From: Thecamonas trahens ATCC 50062
Taxonomy: Eukaryota > Protista > Apusomonadida
DNA length: 64,000 nt
NCBI RefSeq assembly: GCF_000142905.1
Contig: NW_013657669.1
Coordinates: forward strand, 62,001-126,000
Reading direction: 5' to 3'
Part shown: positions 11,001-23,046 of the stretch, piece after piece
Numbering within the stretch: position 1 is the first letter of the stretch
Layout: every line of letters begins with the position of its first letter
Notes under the pieces: model-generated
The model's database searches: none
Told to the model about the DNA's origin: nothing
The model's input: only the letters and a program-made list of their open reading frames with translations
Made by a program: the position numbers and the translations under genes

Positions 11001-13690
11001 GGGACATCGGGTGCGTACGCACGGAGCAGCGCCATCTCAGACGCCGCGTCCGGGTTGTCCACCACATGCGGTGAGAAAACATCGCCACACTCGGCGAAAA
11101 AGTCGTTGCCAAGAAACGGGTAGCCTGGCCGGTTGGCGAGGACAATCATGCGAAAGTCTGGATGGAGCGGGATGAAGCCGCGCTCGCGCTGCGAGGCGGA
11201 GAGCGCGTTAGGCGGGAGCGAGGTGATGACTCGGCCGTCGCCGAGCAGCATGGAGCCATCTTCGACGAGGCCCTTGAGCACGCACACCACCTCGAGCGGT
11301 GCCTTGTCGGCCTCATCGACCATGAGAACGCGGCCCTCACGGGCGGCGCGGACAAGCGGAGAGTCCTGCCACACCACGCTCCCGTCGACGAGCGTAGGCG
11401 AGAGCGTGAGCGATGGGACAGTCGTGTCGCGGTGGAGCTGGATGTACTCGCGCTCCGCGCCAAGAAGCTGCAGCATCCGATCGGCGAGCTTGTTCTTGCC
11501 GGTTCCCTGGTTGCCAATGAGCAGCAAGTGCTTCTCGCCGGCGGCAAAGTCAGCGGCCATCTCACGGAGGACAGTCAGATGGGACTGGGTCTCGTAGAAC
11601 ACAATGTTGGGGACGAGCTGAGGATTTGCGGCCTTGGCCTTAGGAAGGCTTACGTCGCCGATGGTGAGCACGTTGTCCGACGCGACAATGCTGAGCTCCT
11701 GGTCCGCAGCCGGCGGATGGATGTCATGCTCGGCGAGGAGGTTGGCAAAGGCAGTGCGGAGCGGGACTGGCATAAAGGCAGTAATGCAGACCCGGTTGAG
11801 CGCGGCGTGTAGCGAGTCGGGGTACGCCGCCACCCGGCGTGCGATCCGCAAGATCTGCCGGGTCGAGAGCGGCTCAAGCGCGTGGCCGTCGGCACTTTCG
11901 GCGCCGGTCGACCTCAGCGCGGCGATGACAGAGGCGAGCTTCTTGAGCGCTTCGGGACCGCCGGCCGCCTCGCTCCGAGTCTGGCTGACAAGCGAGAGCT
12001 GAAACTCAAGGTCCAACGTCGGCGCCGGAATCCAGGCAAAGTTGGGCAGGAGCTCCGAGGTAAGCCACGGGTTGGAGACGGCTGACGGCTCACCGAGCGC
12101 GAGGAGGCGGAATGACGGCGCGATGGCGTGGATGCCACTCTCTTCGAGCTCGGCAGGCGAGACACCACGCTTGGCAGCGAGCTGTCCATGCGCGTCGGCC
12201 GCCAGGTACCGCTCGCCGTTTGGCAGGTCAAGGGTCCGCGAGGTGAAAAGCGAGGAGAGCGCAGCGAGGAGCTCGGGCTCAAGGCGGTGCACGCCGTCGA
12301 GGGCGACAGCGCCGCCGTCGCGAAGCGCCGCCATCAGCGGTGAGTTGACGTACACAGTGTCACCATTGGCCGCGGTACCGCGGCGAACGAGCAGGTCAGC
12401 CATCGACATGTCGCGGAAGCACTGGATGGTGGTGAGCGGAAAGCCGAGGCGGGCAGCAAAGGCAGCGGCGAGCGAGGTCTTACCGACACCCTTGGCGCCG
12501 ATGATGGCAAAGTCGTGACCAGCGACGTGGGCCATGGTCGCCCGCTCGAGCGCAGACGCCTGGTTGGGTGCAAGAGCGGCGGCGCCGGTGGTATCGCGCG
12601 GCGCAGGGCCGATGGCGGCAGTGGCAGTGAGTCCGGCCCCAGTTCTTGCCGAGAAACGAAGTGTTCCGGTGTGGCTATCGCCGCCCGGCTCGACAGCAGC
12701 GAGCGCGTAGCCGGGATCACGGCGCTGCCCGGCTGCTGGCGGCCAGTTGGCGGCTGTAGCAATGTCGGTCAGGTCTATGCGGGCGGTGGCCGGCAGCAGC
12801 TCGGCTGGGTAGAAAAGGTCGAGAGCATCGCCCGGGCTGAGGCGCGGGAAAGTGCCGAGGAGGGCGGGCAGGCTACGAACGGCGCGCTCCGGAAGGTAGA
12901 GCAGGCCGCCCTGCTCAGAAGAGGCCGCGGCATGGGCCGAACGTAACGCTGCTGCGTAGACCATCAGCGCCTGGGCGTCCGAGGTACCAAAGGACGAGGC
13001 TGCGCCGACGCCGGCGATATAGGAGGCGTACTCGGGCAGGCTCTGCGGCGCCGGAGCAACAAACCTAGCCTGGAACCGCGACCGGAGAGGAGGATCGAGC
13101 GGATATCCCGGAAAGGTTGGGACAGGAAGGCCGAGGGCGACGACCATAAAGTCCTCTGAGACACGGACGATGCCATCGTCCGCAAGTAGGCGCTCGCGTT
13201 GCTGCGGCGTGGCATCCGGCAGAAGCGCATCAAAGGCACGAGGCGGCATGAGAAAGCGGCCATCGGGGAGGCGCATCTCTCTATTCTCTAGCAAGTTGTT
13301 AAGCAGCGGAAGAATGTTCCTCTCAGCCTTGTCAATGCCATCGAGGATGAGAACGCCGCCCGACTTTGCGGCCACGACCGGCGGGGCGTCTTCGTAGACA
13401 ACCGAGCCCGAGACAAGCTCGCGACGCTGCTTGAGATCAGCTTCAGTAGTATCTCTTGTCAGGGGGAGGACATGTGAGTCACGATCAATGGCATCACAAA
13501 AGTCAAGGGCCAGAGATCGTCGCTCAGGACCGGGAGGTCCGACCAGAAACACGTCCTGACGCAGAGCCGCCTTCTTGAGCAGCCAGGCGAGGTGAGGTCG
13601 ATGCGACGGTGGCAGCTGCGTGGCAGAGTTGAGCGCCCGTGACAAGACCATGTTGGTATGAGGGGTGAGTTGCCATACCCGGCGCAGCAT
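8033..13690 (-). CDS. VWA8: von Willebrand factor A domain-containing protein 8 (AAA+ ATPase plus VWA)
   Basis: QDVFLVGPPGPERR, LTRDTTEADLKQRRE, Walker A motifs GAKGVGKT and GNQGTGKN, VDEADKAP, C-terminal GELDDRRLVDG and VWA LDVSASM. A 63-nt in-frame intron at 13616-13678 (GTATGG...CGCAG) is possible. Confidence 0.95.
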   Translation of the reverse strand: MLRRVWQLTPHTNMVLSRALNSATQLPPSHRPHLAWLLKKAALRQDVFLVGPPGPERRSLALDFCDAIDRDSHVLPLTRDTTEADLKQRRELVSGSVVYEDAPPVVAAKSGGVLILDGIDKAERNILPLLNNLLENREMRLPDGRFLMPPRAFDALLPDATPQQRERLLADDGIVRVSEDFMVVALGLPVPTFPGYPLDPPLRSRFQARFVAPAPQSLPEYASYIAGVGAASSFGTSDAQALMVYAAALRSAHAAASSEQGGLLYLPERAVRSLPALLGTFPRLSPGDALDLFYPAELLPATARIDLTDIATAANWPPAAGQRRDPGYALAAVEPGGDSHTGTLRFSARTGAGLTATAAIGPAPRDTTGAAALAPNQASALERATMAHVAGHDFAIIGAKGVGKTSLAAAFAARLGFPLTTIQCFRDMSMADLLVRRGTAANGDTVYVNSPLMAALRDGGAVALDGVHRLEPELLAALSSLFTSRTLDLPNGERYLAADAHGQLAAKRGVSPAELEESGIHAIAPSFRLLALGEPSAVSNPWLTSELLPNFAWIPAPTLDLEFQLSLVSQTRSEAAGGPEALKKLASVIAALRSTGAESADGHALEPLSTRQILRIARRVAAYPDSLHAALNRVCITAFMPVPLRTAFANLLAEHDIHPPAADQELSIVASDNVLTIGDVSLPKAKAANPQLVPNIVFYETQSHLTVLREMAADFAAGEKHLLLIGNQGTGKNKLADRMLQLLGAEREYIQLHRDTTVPSLTLSPTLVDGSVVWQDSPLVRAAREGRVLMVDEADKAPLEVVCVLKGLVEDGSMLLGDGRVITSLPPNALSASQRERGFIPLHPDFRMIVLANRPGYPFLGNDFFAECGDVFSPHVVDNPDAASEMALLRAYAPDVPDPILRALTAAFAELRSLTEQGLLSYPYSARELVAIVRHLQEFPGDSPLSVLGNVFDYDVHDAPVLEALDEVLTRHGLPLLSALDTPHAGARRAASERSGHAADVAGSLPIDLARPLPLNPVQLSGAGKAKCELFAPTGEAARGDAVEVRARNVGFMFADSRPLSVTPPISARTRQFSELLQSWPLPLAEVSRRLVSGAWLDDAAGYVLAGARSSALVTGERAGSSAVMTALDFLPSFVQPIVCAPGGDWVVIDAARVGLVFAVPGASNGVAHPETVIQLELPEALTGKAPGANPMRMLMDPSRASLEAAPPPHAFAPGVATCSALHGLLWERNGRKIMGVSFRAAGGATATSYPHLLADGAEMVNVQRVTATDQAGARGSWLVSLSDGSHAVVNCDASGALSTGPRLGTRGQLAVLGSGAVGAIVRDGVEGALGKIPWAAPEHAEWASLPSLDSGTPILTSHHPESAVHLASEDESLWGTVVYGSDAGLTLADLDANMMKSIAVDAPVVALGIGKSADDRPASLFGVCTDGVIREWQALDEGSLMEELAGWHAVREGLESVEETVRGVAEARYKLPPADGDDDDGAPAGAAENGSGGDSGAGDGSFVPVSSADALGGGGGGGDGGGGGGGGGGGGGGGGGGGGGGGGGGGGGGGGAGADLSSDGFGGYTVVDGQVVLPEEAAASSELDTGTRSAIEEAAVRVLEQTKRAMALRNGSGGVGQRDESPAYDSLCAKMERQIQQLSVILHNAEAKEKEREWLGNQSQGELDDRRLVDGMLGESHIYRRRGEPEARAGVRQARPKRVRFVLDVSASMARFNSWDGRLDRVAWSMVMVMEALRGLEHKFSVSMVGHSGGSPAIPIVEYGEVPSTPAGKYEVVEALYTAAASAPRGDSTLDALRLAVENVTEEEGDEYLVFLVSDANLGAYGVTPESLRAEFDRDERVHVSAIFIAEEGVASWLAKELPGGQAVVCLDVGELPTIMREMLASAP
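9035..9153 (-). repeat. GGN trinucleotide repeat encoding a poly-glycine linker in VWA8
   Basis: (CCG/CCA/CCT)n on the + strand; a long Gly run in the translation. Confidence 0.9.
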
Positions 13691-14235
13691 GGCTACCAGG
13701 GATGGGGATGGCGAGGGGTGTGTGAGGGGGGCTGTAAAGGAGGGGAGGAGCTGAGTGGGTGACGCGGCTGGGCAGTGGCTGGGATCGCCGCCTGCTGAAG
13801 GCAGTGAGGGCGATGGGAAGGATGAATGGATGGGGAAAGAGTCGCAATGTACTCAGATCCTTGTGGCCTTTATTGTGTTGTTGCGTGTGAACGTTGGTGT
13901 TCCTTCTTGCAATCGCCATCGCCCATCTCTTTCTCCATGTCCAGCACATCATCAGGTGGACTGAGCGCCTCACACCCGCCCACTCTCTCGCTAACCACAG
14001 CCACAGCCACAGCCACGCATACACACACACAGACGCACGGATATTGACCTATATACCCTCACGTACCCTTATCCACCCATTGTCCAGCCCAAATCTACCA
14101 ATCAATCCTCCGATCTCCCGATCCCCGCCATACCCCCTCCCTCCCTCCGCCCTAACCCCCTCCCCCCTCCCCCTCCCCCTCCAACCCAACTCCCTCCAAC
14201 CAACCACCGACCACTCCACCCCCTCAGCCACCGCC

Positions 14236-14329
14236 ATGTCGCTGTCCGACCACGGCATTGTGACCCTTGAGGACATCCTCAAGCAGGTATGTCCTCCGCA
14301 CCTCCTCACATACCCATGCCCAAGCCCAA

Positions 14330-14375
<46 letters not shown>

Positions 14376-15446
14376 GTAGTGCAGCCGGGGAGGGCGGGGC
14401 GGAGGGCAACGGCAGAGTGACCACTTCGCCCGCCGCCTCTCCCCCCTCCCCCTCCACCCACCCACCCACCCACCCTCCCTCCCCCACTGCCTACAACGAG
14501 ACACACGACATGGAGAGACTCACTGTGTAGAGGTCATGGCCAGAACAAGCTACTGGAGAAGTCGATTCACAAGGCAGAGGCTACTTCGGCCAGTCTGTTG
14601 GATACTACGGGTGGGAGTGACGGAGTTCGTGGGCAGTCTGAGAGCGCAAGGTCACTTGAACTGAGTGGCATGGGCATGGGTGGACGACATGAGGTTCCGA
14701 TTGAGAGTGGTTGGAGTGGCGATAATGGTGTCGGTACTGGCCAGGGAACTACGGAGCAATCGATGGCGAGGATGGACTCGGACGGTCGGCTCTCGACTGG
14801 CGATCTGGAGCAGCAAGAGAGTGGGACGGGTATGTCGCCGGCGATGGCGGCGCTGGTGAAAGAGAATAGAGAGTTGCGGACACAGCTAGATGCGCTGGCC
14901 GAGTCGCAGGTCTCTCTGGCCGAGCACAACAAGGTCAAGTCCGAGCTGGCTGCCAAGGAGAAGGCATACGACGAGCTGCATGGCAAGTACCGCCACCTGC
15001 AGGACGTGCTCCGCAAGGCTACCGAGCATCTGGAGGGCAAGCTGGAAGGCGAGAAGCGGATGCGGCTGAAGGATGAGGTCAAGCACAAGCTGCAGACAAA
15101 GACACTGCAGGATCTGACCGAAAAGTACCTCGCTGAGGTCGAGGCCCGCCGCGACGCCGATTATCGCGCCCAGGAGGCCGAGGCTGCGGCCGACGCCCGC
15201 ATCGAGGAGATCGCCGCCGAGCTGCGCAAGGCCAAGGCCCACAACACAGACCTCAACCTCATGTACCTTCAGTGCAAGATGGTCAAAGAGGATCTACAGG
15301 CGTCGTACAACCAACTCAAGTCCCGGGTTCAGGCTGCTCGCCGTCGGCGGACCTCTTCCACCCATGCCTCTTCCCACGGCTCCGTCTCGGGGAGCATGGC
15401 CTCCCCCGGACCCTACGCACGCTCCTCTTCTTCACTCCGTCGCTGA
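14236..15446 (+). CDS. Hypothetical coiled-coil protein, 2 exons (14236-14286, 14544-15446)
   Basis: MSLSDHGIVTLEDILKQ|GTATGT intron ... GGCCAG|AAC AAG restores the frame of the 14598-15446 ORF. The C-terminal half is heptad-rich. Confidence 0.7.
14312..14374 (+). repeat. (CCCATG/CCCAAG)n hexamer microsatellite in an intron
   Basis: Direct inspection. Confidence 0.9.
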
Positions 15447-15668
15447 TTGAAGTCACACCTTTGTCGCACATCGACTGCTACTGATCGCGATCGCAGCGCC
15501 CACCCTTTACACCGGCCACCTCTCCTTCAGCTCGATTCTCAGCCCACCTCCCAACCCGCTTTACCACGTGGCCTGCACTCGCCGACAAGAAGCCCCTCAG
15601 ACCCCCCTCCCCTCCCACCCACCCCACCCACCCCACCAGCCCGACGGCCAACCACACCCAACTTTGTC

Positions 15669-16743
15669 ATGGCACTGTGCGAGTGCAAGAACGCCACGCG
15701 GTACTTCTGCTTTGTCCACCATGCTCATGTCTGTTCCGACTGCGTAGCGTCCCACTCTAACGTACGCACCCCCCCCCTCCCCCTCGCCATACCCCTCCCA
15801 CCTTCCATACTCATACACCACAACTACGCCATCACTACCTCCGCTGCTACGAGAGTAACTACTATAGTGTGTGTGTGGACTCTACATCGAATGGCTCAAT
15901 GACTCTGACTACCAATGGCCTCCCACATGTCCCATCTGTGCTCAGTTGTTGGCCAAGGGAGAGACGCTGCGACTTCTTTGTTATCATATGGTTCATCCTC
16001 ATTGTTTGAGAGACTCGTTGGCTTCTCTGCCTGATACCACGGCTCCTCATGGCTATGCTTGTCCGGTCGATGGTTGTGGTGAGTGTGTCGTTCCTCACCT
16101 CGACGATAACTCGCGGACTGCTGCTAACATCCGCGGAACTCTGGCCACTCAGCCTTGGTACGCTCGTGTCGCTCCTCTGGTCAACGCCCATGGCTCGCTT
16201 GAAGCCACTTCCGTCTCCACTACATCGCTCCACTCCATTCCGCCTGCCTCGTCTCCGCTCCCTGCTGCAAGTGATCCAGTCGTCGCCGGCCATCGCCTCG
16301 CCTCCCCCTCGCCCTCGGCGTCCTCGCCGGCTCGAGCCTCGCCTGCCGTCCTCCCGCGATCCGGCTTTGTTGGTGTCCTCGGCTCATCCGCTCGCAAGCC
16401 TGCTCTCGACTTTACCGAGGCGCTGGCCAGTGAAGACGCCCCAGGCCTCGCTCACGACGGCGCACGTGCCGATGCTGACGCTGGCTCGGCCAAGTACCGC
16501 AAGCGCTCGCTCTGGCGCTCGCTCTCGGCCTGGCTCCCCTACGCCTCGCAGCTCGAAGCGTACTTTACCAGCGACGCCGGCTTGCCGCTCCCAGGATCCG
16601 CTCCGCGCCCGCGCCGCGCGGGCTTCCCTCTCTGGGCCCTCTATGTCTTTGTCGCTGTCGTCGTCGTCATTGTCGTTGTTGTGAGCCTCGCTTCGCGCGA
16701 ACCGCCCACCTCGCGCGCCCGCCGCGCTATCGCCTCGGGCTAA
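15669..16743 (+). CDS. ZFPL1: Zinc finger protein-like 1 (cis-Golgi protein: B-box-like, RING and C-terminal TM), 2 exons (15669-15761, 15868-16743)
   Basis: MALCECK...FCFVHHAHVCSDCV...|GTACGC intron TATAG|CVCGLYIEWLNDSDY; RING CPIC...LLCYHMVHPHC...LPDTTAPHGYACP; KYRKRS; C-terminal TM helix. Confidence 0.92.
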
Positions 16744-16759
16744 GCAAGCCTCCTCTCCT

Positions 16760-19700
16760 TTACATTGTCACCTCGTACTCAATGAGGTACGCAGGCAGTG
16801 CCCGGTTCGGATACGGGATGAGCACCACTTCGCGCGACCGCTCCAGCATCTCGCGCGCGAGCGAGAACGACGAGTACCCGGCCGCGAGGAGCTGCTCCAC
16901 CTGTGCCCGCCCGCCGTCGCTCCGCAGCGACGCCAGGCTCTCGGTCGGGAACACATGCTTGGTCCCAGGCTTGACGACGCACACCAGTGCCCGCCACCGG
17001 AACCGCACACGCCCGTCGCCGCTCGTCGGGAGTGCCTTGGGATACAGCTCTGTAGCCAGCGACAGCGAGTCGCAGAATACAAGCTCGCTGCTGTCGCCGT
17101 ACGCCCCGAACCCGGCCGAGCAGAGGGTGGTGAGCGTCGATGGCTCCGCCCGTGGAACGCGAGCTTGACGTTGACTCCGTCGACGTTGGCAAATCCGTCG
17201 AGCGACGAGAACCACTCCAGCCGCTCCGCGTTGAAGATCTTCATCACCCGCACCAGCGAGTAGCTCGCTCCGCGCGTGTTGGAAACCTCACGCAGAGACT
17301 CGGACGCAAGAACGCCCTGCATCGCCCGTGCCTCGGCAGAGTCCATTCGCAGATCGGTCAGAATCGTCGAGCCCGCCGACGACGACGACGAGACAGAGCC
17401 TGACGCTGCAGGCACCCGTGCCGCCACGAGGAGCGTCGCCCGCCAGTCGCTCGACCCGCTTGCGTCGCGCTTGGTCTCGCTCGCAGCTGCTGCCGCCGCT
17501 GCTACATCGCCCGCCAGTGACGTCCACTCGCCGCCGCTCTCGCCGCTGGCAAGTGAGTCCGGCGACCGTCCGCGCGGCGCCTCGACATACTCGTAAGACT
17601 CGCCACAGCCCTCGTCGCCGCCATCGTCGTCTTCGTAGTACGATTCGACCTCCACTACTCCTGCTGCCTTGCTCACCGAGGCAGAAAGCTCTCGCGACCC
17701 GTCGCGCCGCCGCACACGCACTCGCACGCGCTTGCTGCTGCTAGCGGGCCGGTGCCGCTGCCGCCGCGCCAACGCCTCGGCCTCGGCCGCCCGCCTCCGT
17801 GCCTCAGCTCGCGCGTGTCGCTCCCTTCGCTCCTGCTTCGCCCGCGCCTTGGCCCGCATCGCCTCAGCCCGACGTGCTGCGGCCCGCCGCTCGCGCTCCT
17901 CACGCGTTGCTGCAGCCTTGGCCCGCACCGCCGCATGCCGCCGCTGCAGCCGCGCCGACGGCGCACGCGCCGCCAGCACCTCGGCGTCCGGGTCCGGGAA
18001 CGACTCGAAAAACTTGGCCGTCACATCCGCCTCGGCAGCCACACTCTCCTCCCGCTCGATTCCCAGCGAGCCTGCGTCTTCAGCCCTGGTCGCGCTTTCG
18101 CCTTCTGGCCGCTCGATCGGCACCCAAAACGAGATCCCACGCTCGACTGCCTCGTCTACTGCTGCCTCGGCGGCCTCGGCCTCGGCATGTGCGGCCTCGA
18201 GCTCCTGCATGGTCGCAGTCACCTGCGCTTGAACCTGGTCGCGAAGCGAGGTCTCCATGTCGACACCGTCATTAGCGGCGTCGCCATCATCGCCAACGTC
18301 GCCGTTGTCGCCACCGCCGTCGCTGCTCTGGCTCGTCTTGCCATCGGCTGCCTGCCTCGCGCGACTCACCCGCCCAAGCTGCTCTAGAATCCGGAGGGTG
18401 AGGTCACTTGATGCGTCCCGCCGACTCACGTCATCAGTCATAGACTCGTCACGCGATGGACGGTCGAGCGGAATCATCGGGAGCTCCATTGCGCTCGTCT
18501 CCTGCGACGCCCCGCATGGCTCGCCGCGGATAAATTCCAGCGCCGCAAGCGTGAGCGACGGCGACTTGAGCGAGGCCAGATGTGCCAGTCGCGCGGATGC
18601 CGGCAGCCGCTGCGCCGGCGACACGGCGTGCGCCCGCATCCGCGACGCATTTTCCACGCTTGGGTCAACCGGCGGGTCAAACGCTGCGTGCAGCGACTTG
18701 ATCGACTCGAGCGCCCGGAACGACCGGTCTCGCGAGTACGCCGCTTCTGCCGACGACGGGCTCATCCCGTGGTACACCATGTCGTACATCATCCGCCGCG
18801 AGAGCGACGGCTCACTGACCTCGGCCACAAACTCCCGCTCGCGGCTGAGCATCTCTTTGTACAGCTCATGCAGTTGCGCCCGCTTTGCCGACATCGCCGA
18901 GTGCAGGTACGGCTCGAGCCCGATCCGTGGCTCGCCCACCGGGAGGCTCGCCGGCGGTTCGACACCACGCATCCGCGGAGGCGACGGCGAGCCGACCACC
19001 GGCTCTGGCAGCAGCGAAGACCGCTCCAGCACGCTGACAAAGCTCCGCTCGCGCGCTGCGGGTGCCTTGCCAGGTACCGCCACGTATTCGCGGATCGAGA
19101 CCGAAGCATCGGGATCAGACTCAGACTCGCCGTCGCTGCCGCCGTCGTCGTGACCGCCGCCGCGGGCCAGCTCGCCGCGGGCCGCCGCCGCCACCATCTT
19201 GTTCCCAGCCTCGGCCGACGCCATTGACTCGGTCGCCATCCGCTCGTTTGTCTCGCGCTGCTGCCGCAGGAACTCCATCTTGGTCCGGAACATGGAGACC
19301 TGGCTCGGCAGGCCCTCGCTCCCGCCGCCCGGGTGCTCGTCGAGCTTGTCTAGCTGCGTCTGCAGCTTCATCAGGTGCGCTTCGTACTGCGCCCGGTAGT
19401 CGCGCTCCGCCCTCGACTCGCCAAACTCGGCAACCGCCCGCGGCCGGCCCAGCTCAGCGCGAACACACATCCCGACATTTGTCCCTGCAGGCGACAGCGG
19501 CGGCGAAGGTGGTGACGTCAGCACCCGCGCCGGCGCCGTGTACGCTGGATCTGCCTCGAACACAGGTCGTGGCGCTTGCTCGGCGCCCGTCCGCTCGGCC
19601 GGCTCGCTGTCACTTGCCAAGGCTCCCAACTCGGCCTCGCGCTCTTCCGCACGAACCACGTCTAGAGTCCGCGCCGTTGCTTCTTGGCCTGCCTTTCGCA

Positions 19701-21836
19701 CAGAAAACAAGACCGAGAACTTGTCCTCAAGTGACACCGCCAGGCGCATCTCGACTGGCGTGATCGCAATGCCGTCGAGGACAGCCAGTGAATGGTGGGT
19801 GTGGATGACATACGAGCGGTAGTAGAGCCGTCCCATGTACGCTGCGTCGCCCATCGACACTCCAGCCGCCTTGTCGTACGCTTCAAGCGACTCAAACGGC
19901 ACGCCAGTCGTCGACTCGCCATCCGGGCGGGTGTAGAACGCCTCGGTCGCCGGATTGTACCGCAGATCAATCCGCGCCAGCTGTGCTAGCTTGCTTATCT
20001 CGTCGAGGATCTCGTCGAGCGAAGCCAACGCGTTGTCGGCTGCGGAGAGATGCGCTAGATGCGGTGCGCCCGATGCGATACCTTGCAGCGACGCCACAGA
20101 GTTGCCGTCGAGCGCCAGCGCCACAAGCTTGACCAGCGGCTCACTTCGCTCAAACGTTCCGACAAGCGTGCTGTCCATAAACGCGAGTGGCGCGCCCTTG
20201 AGCGCGTTGCGCGCAACCACAAGCTGCGCCAGCGCCGGGAGCTGCCGCAGCTCCTCCAGAGAGCCGATGCGGTTGTCGGCTGCGTTGAGCACAGCCAGCG
20301 AGAGCGAGCCACCGCTTGCCAGTGACGTCAGGTGGTTGGCCGAGACGTCGAGATGTGCGAGCGACGGGGCCGCCTCGAGCCCTGTCAGTGACGCCACGTG
20401 GTTGCCGCTGGCGCAGAGGACCCGGAGCGCCGGCGCGGCGCGGAAGAGCGCCTCCAGCGATGTGAGTGCATTGCCTGAGACGTCGAGCTCGACAAGCGTG
20501 CCAAGCGTGGCGCCCGGCTCGAGCCGGGCGAGCGCGTTGTCGGCCAGGTTACACGTCCGCAGCCGTGGCAGCTGAGCCAGGACAGCAGCGCTTGTCAGGG
20601 AGTTGCTCGACGCGTCCAGCGCGGTGAGCAGCGGGCACTGGCTCAGCGGCTCGAGACTCGCCACCCCAGTTCCGGCGAGGTTGAGAGACTGGAGCGTCGG
20701 CAAGACAGAGTCCCAGCCCGTGCCAAGCGCGACGAGCGGGTTACGTGAGATGTCCAGCGTCCGCACCGCGCCGAGCACGGGCAGCGGCTCAGGCATCGTT
20801 GTCATCGCATTACCGGCGAGTGAGAGCGACGAGAGCACCGCCAGTGCCTCGGGCCCAAAGCTCTCCTCGACGGCGCTTCGAACGCTCTCGTTGGTGAGTC
20901 CAGCGTCGACAAGCGTCGGCGGCGCCGTGCGGACTGCCGCGCCTGTCGCCTGCCTCACCCGCCGCAATGGTGCCACCGGGCTGGGCACAGGCGACGGCCG
21001 CATCCGCGGCGGTGACGGCGGCGGTGGGGGGAAAGTTCGTCTGGATGCGGCCGAGAGTACGCCATCGACAGCAAATGCGACGCGGTGTTGCGTGATGCGG
21101 CCTTGCGCAGCGAGCTCGGCGCGTCTGGGTGGTTCGCGCCTAGCGACCGGTCCTCCCAGTCAGAGGTCACTGAGCCGTCGTCGCCGTCACTTTCGTCGTC
21201 ATGGCCGTCACCATGGCCATCAACCTCGACGTCGGCCTGGAGCGCATCCTCGACAAGCCGGGCAATCTCGCTCGCCTCGTCGCTCGCCTCACTACCGTTC
21301 GAAGCATGGCCATCCTTGTCTTCATCGCCAAACATCAGCCGAGACGACGCACTGTGGACCTTGACGACAGGTACGTTAGTAGCCGGCGAAAACCGAGCTC
21401 TCGACTCGACCTCGGACATGGTCATGGGCTCATTTTGCGAGATTGACCGCAGATGAGCTTCAAACAAGCTCGAGCCATCGCCATCCTCGCCGCCCATCAT
21501 CGAGTCCGATGGCCCGACCATGTCTGGCGGCAAGTGCGGTGGGAGCATGTGGGCCTTGACCCTGGCCAGCAATCCCGATGAGGTCATCTGGTTCCGCTCG
21601 CTCTCGCGACGATAAGCCGCAAGCGACTCAAACCCAAGCCGGCCACCGGTGTCCTCATCATCATCACTCGAGTCAAAGCCAAGCCGAGTCCCGGCCCTTG
21701 CTCCCGCACCGACCGCAGCGCCTGCTGCAGCTCCACCCGCCGCCGCACCAGCACGAGAGACCCTGAACGACTTTGCCGCCTCCAACGTCTCAATCTCATT
21801 GATCAGCTCCAGCCGCGTGCTCCCTTCCGGCTGCAT
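16760..21836 (-). CDS. Large LRR protein with LRR-cap, coiled-coil/low-complexity middle and C-terminal PARP-like (ADP-ribosyltransferase fold) domain; two apparent 1-nt frame breaks
   Basis: About 12 LxxLxLxxNxL repeats and cap YRSYVI...LAVLDG. The C-terminus VMKIFN...LAFHG/AEPSTLTTLCSAGF...LVFCDS...ALVCVVKPG...ALPAYLIEY spans two frames. The ORFs join if one base is added at 21026-21031 and one at 17149-17151. The 20955-21836 part could instead be a separate gene. Confidence 0.75.
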
Positions 21837-22563
21837 CCATCCTCTCCATAAGTCCCCTTGACGCCGCCCCTCCCGCCCCATCCTCCCCCCCCCCCCCCCC
21901 AAACCCTCTACATACCGACTCTGGCTTCAGAGGTGACGCCACAAGCGAGTCCGAGTCGGACATGGCTAAGAGAAGGACGTGTAGTCGTCAAAGTGGAGTG
22001 TCCTCCCTTGCTACTCCTGCTTCTGTTCTTGCTTCTGCTGACTGTCGCCGTCGTCGTCGTCGTTGTCAGGTCGTTGCTGCCAGTGCGCGCGCGCGCGCCA
22101 AATCTTCTTCCGCCACTCGCCGTCACTTCACAATTTCCCAGCAAAGCCACGGAACGTTCACGAGCCTGATGAAGACCAAACAATACAGAGATAGAGACAA
22201 CGGCAAAAGCTTACATGTGCTTTCGGCCAAAGTCGAGCTCGAGGTCGGATGTCCAATGTCGCAGACATGTTCAGGGGCAAGCTTATCGGTATGAAGCAAG
22301 CCAAGATTGAGGACTTGGGCTTCAGCCTGGCAGCCTCCTCGCGTACTCCTCACACACACGCTCGCACACAAACAGATCGACATGAACACGCTAGCGCAAG
22401 CACACTCGTACCCATTTTTCATCCCCAAAACGACCTGATCATCGCCCAAACCTGCATCTGCCACTCCCCAGGTCTCTTCCCGCCCGGCCTGTCCCCCATC
22501 ACTCAAAGGTGCCACACGATTGCGCGCCAAACCGCCGACGACCGACCACCCACAGGCAGGCAG

Positions 22564-22564
<1 letters not shown>

Positions 22565-22616
<52 letters not shown>
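22565..22616 (+). repeat. (CA)n microsatellite left of an assembly gap
   Basis: Direct inspection. Confidence 0.95.
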
Positions 22617-22617
<1 letters not shown>

Positions 22618-22970
22618 NNNNNNNNNNNNNNNNNNNNNNNNNNNNNNNNNNNNNNNNNNNNNNNNNNNNNNNNNNNNNNNNNNNNNNNNNNNNNNNNNNN
22701 NNNNNNNNNNNNNNNNNNNNNNNNNNNNNNNNNNNNNNNNNNNNNNNNNNNNNNNNNNNNNNNNNNNNNNNNNNNNNNNNNNNNNNNNNNNNNNNNNNNN
22801 NNNNNNNNNNNNNNNNNNNNNNNNNNNNNNNNNNNNNNNNNNNNNNNNNNNNNNNNNNNNNNNNNNNNNNNNNNNNNNNNNNNNNNNNNNNNNNNNNNNN
22901 NNNNNNNNNNNNNNNNNNNNNNNNNNNNNNNNNNNNNNNNNNNNNNNNNNNNNNNNNNNNNNNNNNNNNN
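22618..22970. other. Assembly gap
   Basis: Run of N. Confidence 1.
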
Positions 22971-22999
22971 CCCGAACCCGAACCCAACCGACGACGAGC

Positions 23000-23000
<1 letters not shown>

Positions 23001-23046
<46 letters not shown>

